Source: Zancudomyces culisetae HAW-14-8
Lineage: Eukaryota > Fungi > Kickxellomycota
Assembly (NCBI GenBank): GCA_052426225.1
Contig: JBNJNM010000021.1
Coordinates: forward strand, 3,368,750-3,432,749
DNA: 64,000 nucleotides
Direction: 5' to 3'
Shown piece by piece: positions 62,562-64,000 of the stretch. Below the pieces are notes generated by a model. That model was not told where the DNA came from. It made no database searches and was given only the letters and a program-made list of their open reading frames with translations. The position numbers were made by a program, and so were the translations under genes. The stretch's first letter is position 1; each line of letters opens with the position of its first letter.

Positions 62562-64000
62562 ATAGGGATAGGGATAGGGATAGGGATAGGGATAGGGATA
62601 GGGATAGGGATAGGGATAGGGATAGGGATAGGGATAGGGTTAGGGTTAGGGTTAGGGTTAGGGTTAGGGATAGGGATAGGGATAGGGATAGGGATAGGGA
62701 TAGGGTTAGGGTTAGGGTTAGGGTTAGGGTTAGGGTTAGGGTTAGGGTTAGGGTTAGGGTTAGGGTTAGGGTTAGGGTTAGGGTTAGGGTTAGGGTTAGG
62801 GTTAGGGTTAGGGTTAGGGTTAGGGTTAGGGTTAGGGTTAGGGTTAGGGTTAGGGTTAGGGTTAGGGTTAGGGTTAGGGTTAGGGTTAGGGTTAGGGTTA
62901 GGGTTAGGGTTAGGGTTAGGGTTAGGGTTAGGGTTAGGGTTAGGGTTAGGGTTAGGGTTAGGGTTAGGGTTAGGGTTAGGGTTAGGGTTAGGGTTAGGGT
63001 TAGGGTTAGGGTTAGGGTTAGGGTTAGGGTTAGGGTTAGGGTTAGGGTTAGGGTTAGGGTTAGGGTTAGGGTTAGGGTTAGGGTTAGGGTTAGGGTTAGG
63101 GTTAGGGTTAGGGTTAGGGTTAGGGTTAGGGTTAGGGTTAGGGTTAGGGTTAGGGTTAGGGTTAGGGTTAGGGTTAGGGTTAGGGTTAGGGTTAGGGTTA
63201 GGGTTAGGGTTAGGGTTAGGGTTAGGGTTAGGGTTAGGGTTAGGGTTAGGGTTAGGGTTAGGGTTAGGGTTAGGGTTAGGGTTAGGGTTAGGGTTAGGGT
63301 TAGGGTTAGGGTTAGGGTTAGGGTTAGGGTTAGGGTTAGGGTTAGGGTTAGGGTTAGGGTTAGGGTTAGGGTTAGGGTTAGGGTTAGGGTTAGGGTTAGG
63401 GTTAGGGTTAGGGTTAGGGTTAGGGTTAGGGTTAGGGTTAGGGTTAGGGTTAGGGTTAGGGTTAGGGTTAGGGTTAGGGTTAGGGTTAGGGTTAGGGTTA
63501 GGGTTAGGGTTAGGGTTAGGGTTAGGGTTAGGGTTAGGGTTAGGGTTAGGGTTAGGGTTAGGGTTAGGGTTAGGGTTAGGGTTAGGGTTAGGGTTAGGGT
63601 TAGGGTTAGGGTTAGGGTTAGGGTTAGGGTTAGGGTTAGGGTTAGGGTTAGGGTTAGGGTTAGGGTTAGGGTTAGGGTTAGGGTTAGGGTTAGGGTTAGG
63701 GTTAGGGTTAGGGTTAGGGTTAGGGTTAGGGTTAGGGTTAGGGTTAGGGTTAGGGTTAGGGTTAGGGTTAGGGTTAGGGTTAGGGTTAGGGTTAGGGTTA
63801 GGGTTAGGGTTAGGGTTAGGGTTAGGGTTAGGGTTAGGGTTAGGGTTAGGGTTAGGGTTAGGGTTAGGGTTAGGGTTAGGGTTAGGGTTAGGGTTAGGGT
63901 TAGGGTTAGGGTTAGGGTTAGGGTTAGGGTTAGGGTTAGGGTTAGGGTTAGGGTTAGGGTTAGGGTTAGGGTTAGGGTTAGGGTTAGGGTTAGGGTTAGA
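62562..64000 (+). repeat. Telomere: (ATAGGG)13 (TTAGGG)5 (ATAGGG)6 (TTAGGG)~215
   Basis: Direct reading; the G-rich strand runs 5'->3' to the window end. Confidence 0.99.

Noticed and set aside
1-64000. Genome-wide TAA reassignment
   Set aside because: TAA terminates several intact genes (3831, 9967, 26540, 47455) at plausible C-termini.

Overview
Eukaryotic (fungal) chromosome end, AT-rich, finishing in a ~1.4 kb (TTAGGG)n telomere. Short GT-AG introns and DIRS fragments suggest an early-diverging fungus, possibly Harpellales; that is inference only. Positions 1-36 kb hold genes: an F-box/WD40/UIM gene, a 7TM-RGS receptor, five paralogous small secreted Cys-containing proteins with a beta/gamma-crystallin-like pattern, two secreted low-complexity proteins, and lesioned pICln, P450 and Cue1-like genes. 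Positions 37-62.5 kb are nested mobile DNA: an intact chromoviral Ty3/Gypsy element with 121-bp LTRs, a degenerate second chromovirus, several solo LTRs, Tc1 halves, and two decayed endonuclease-less Penelope-like (PLE) RT copies. The distal PLE copy runs into the telomere. Most notable: (1) an antisense, tRNA-headed, Pol III-type structured RNA cassette (TATA, A box, B box, two cUUCGg hairpins, T10 terminator) in the 3' UTR of the intact retrotransposon; (2) a telomere-capped Coprina/Athena-like PLE array; (3) the subtelomeric secreted protein family. All alignments and translations were done by eye.
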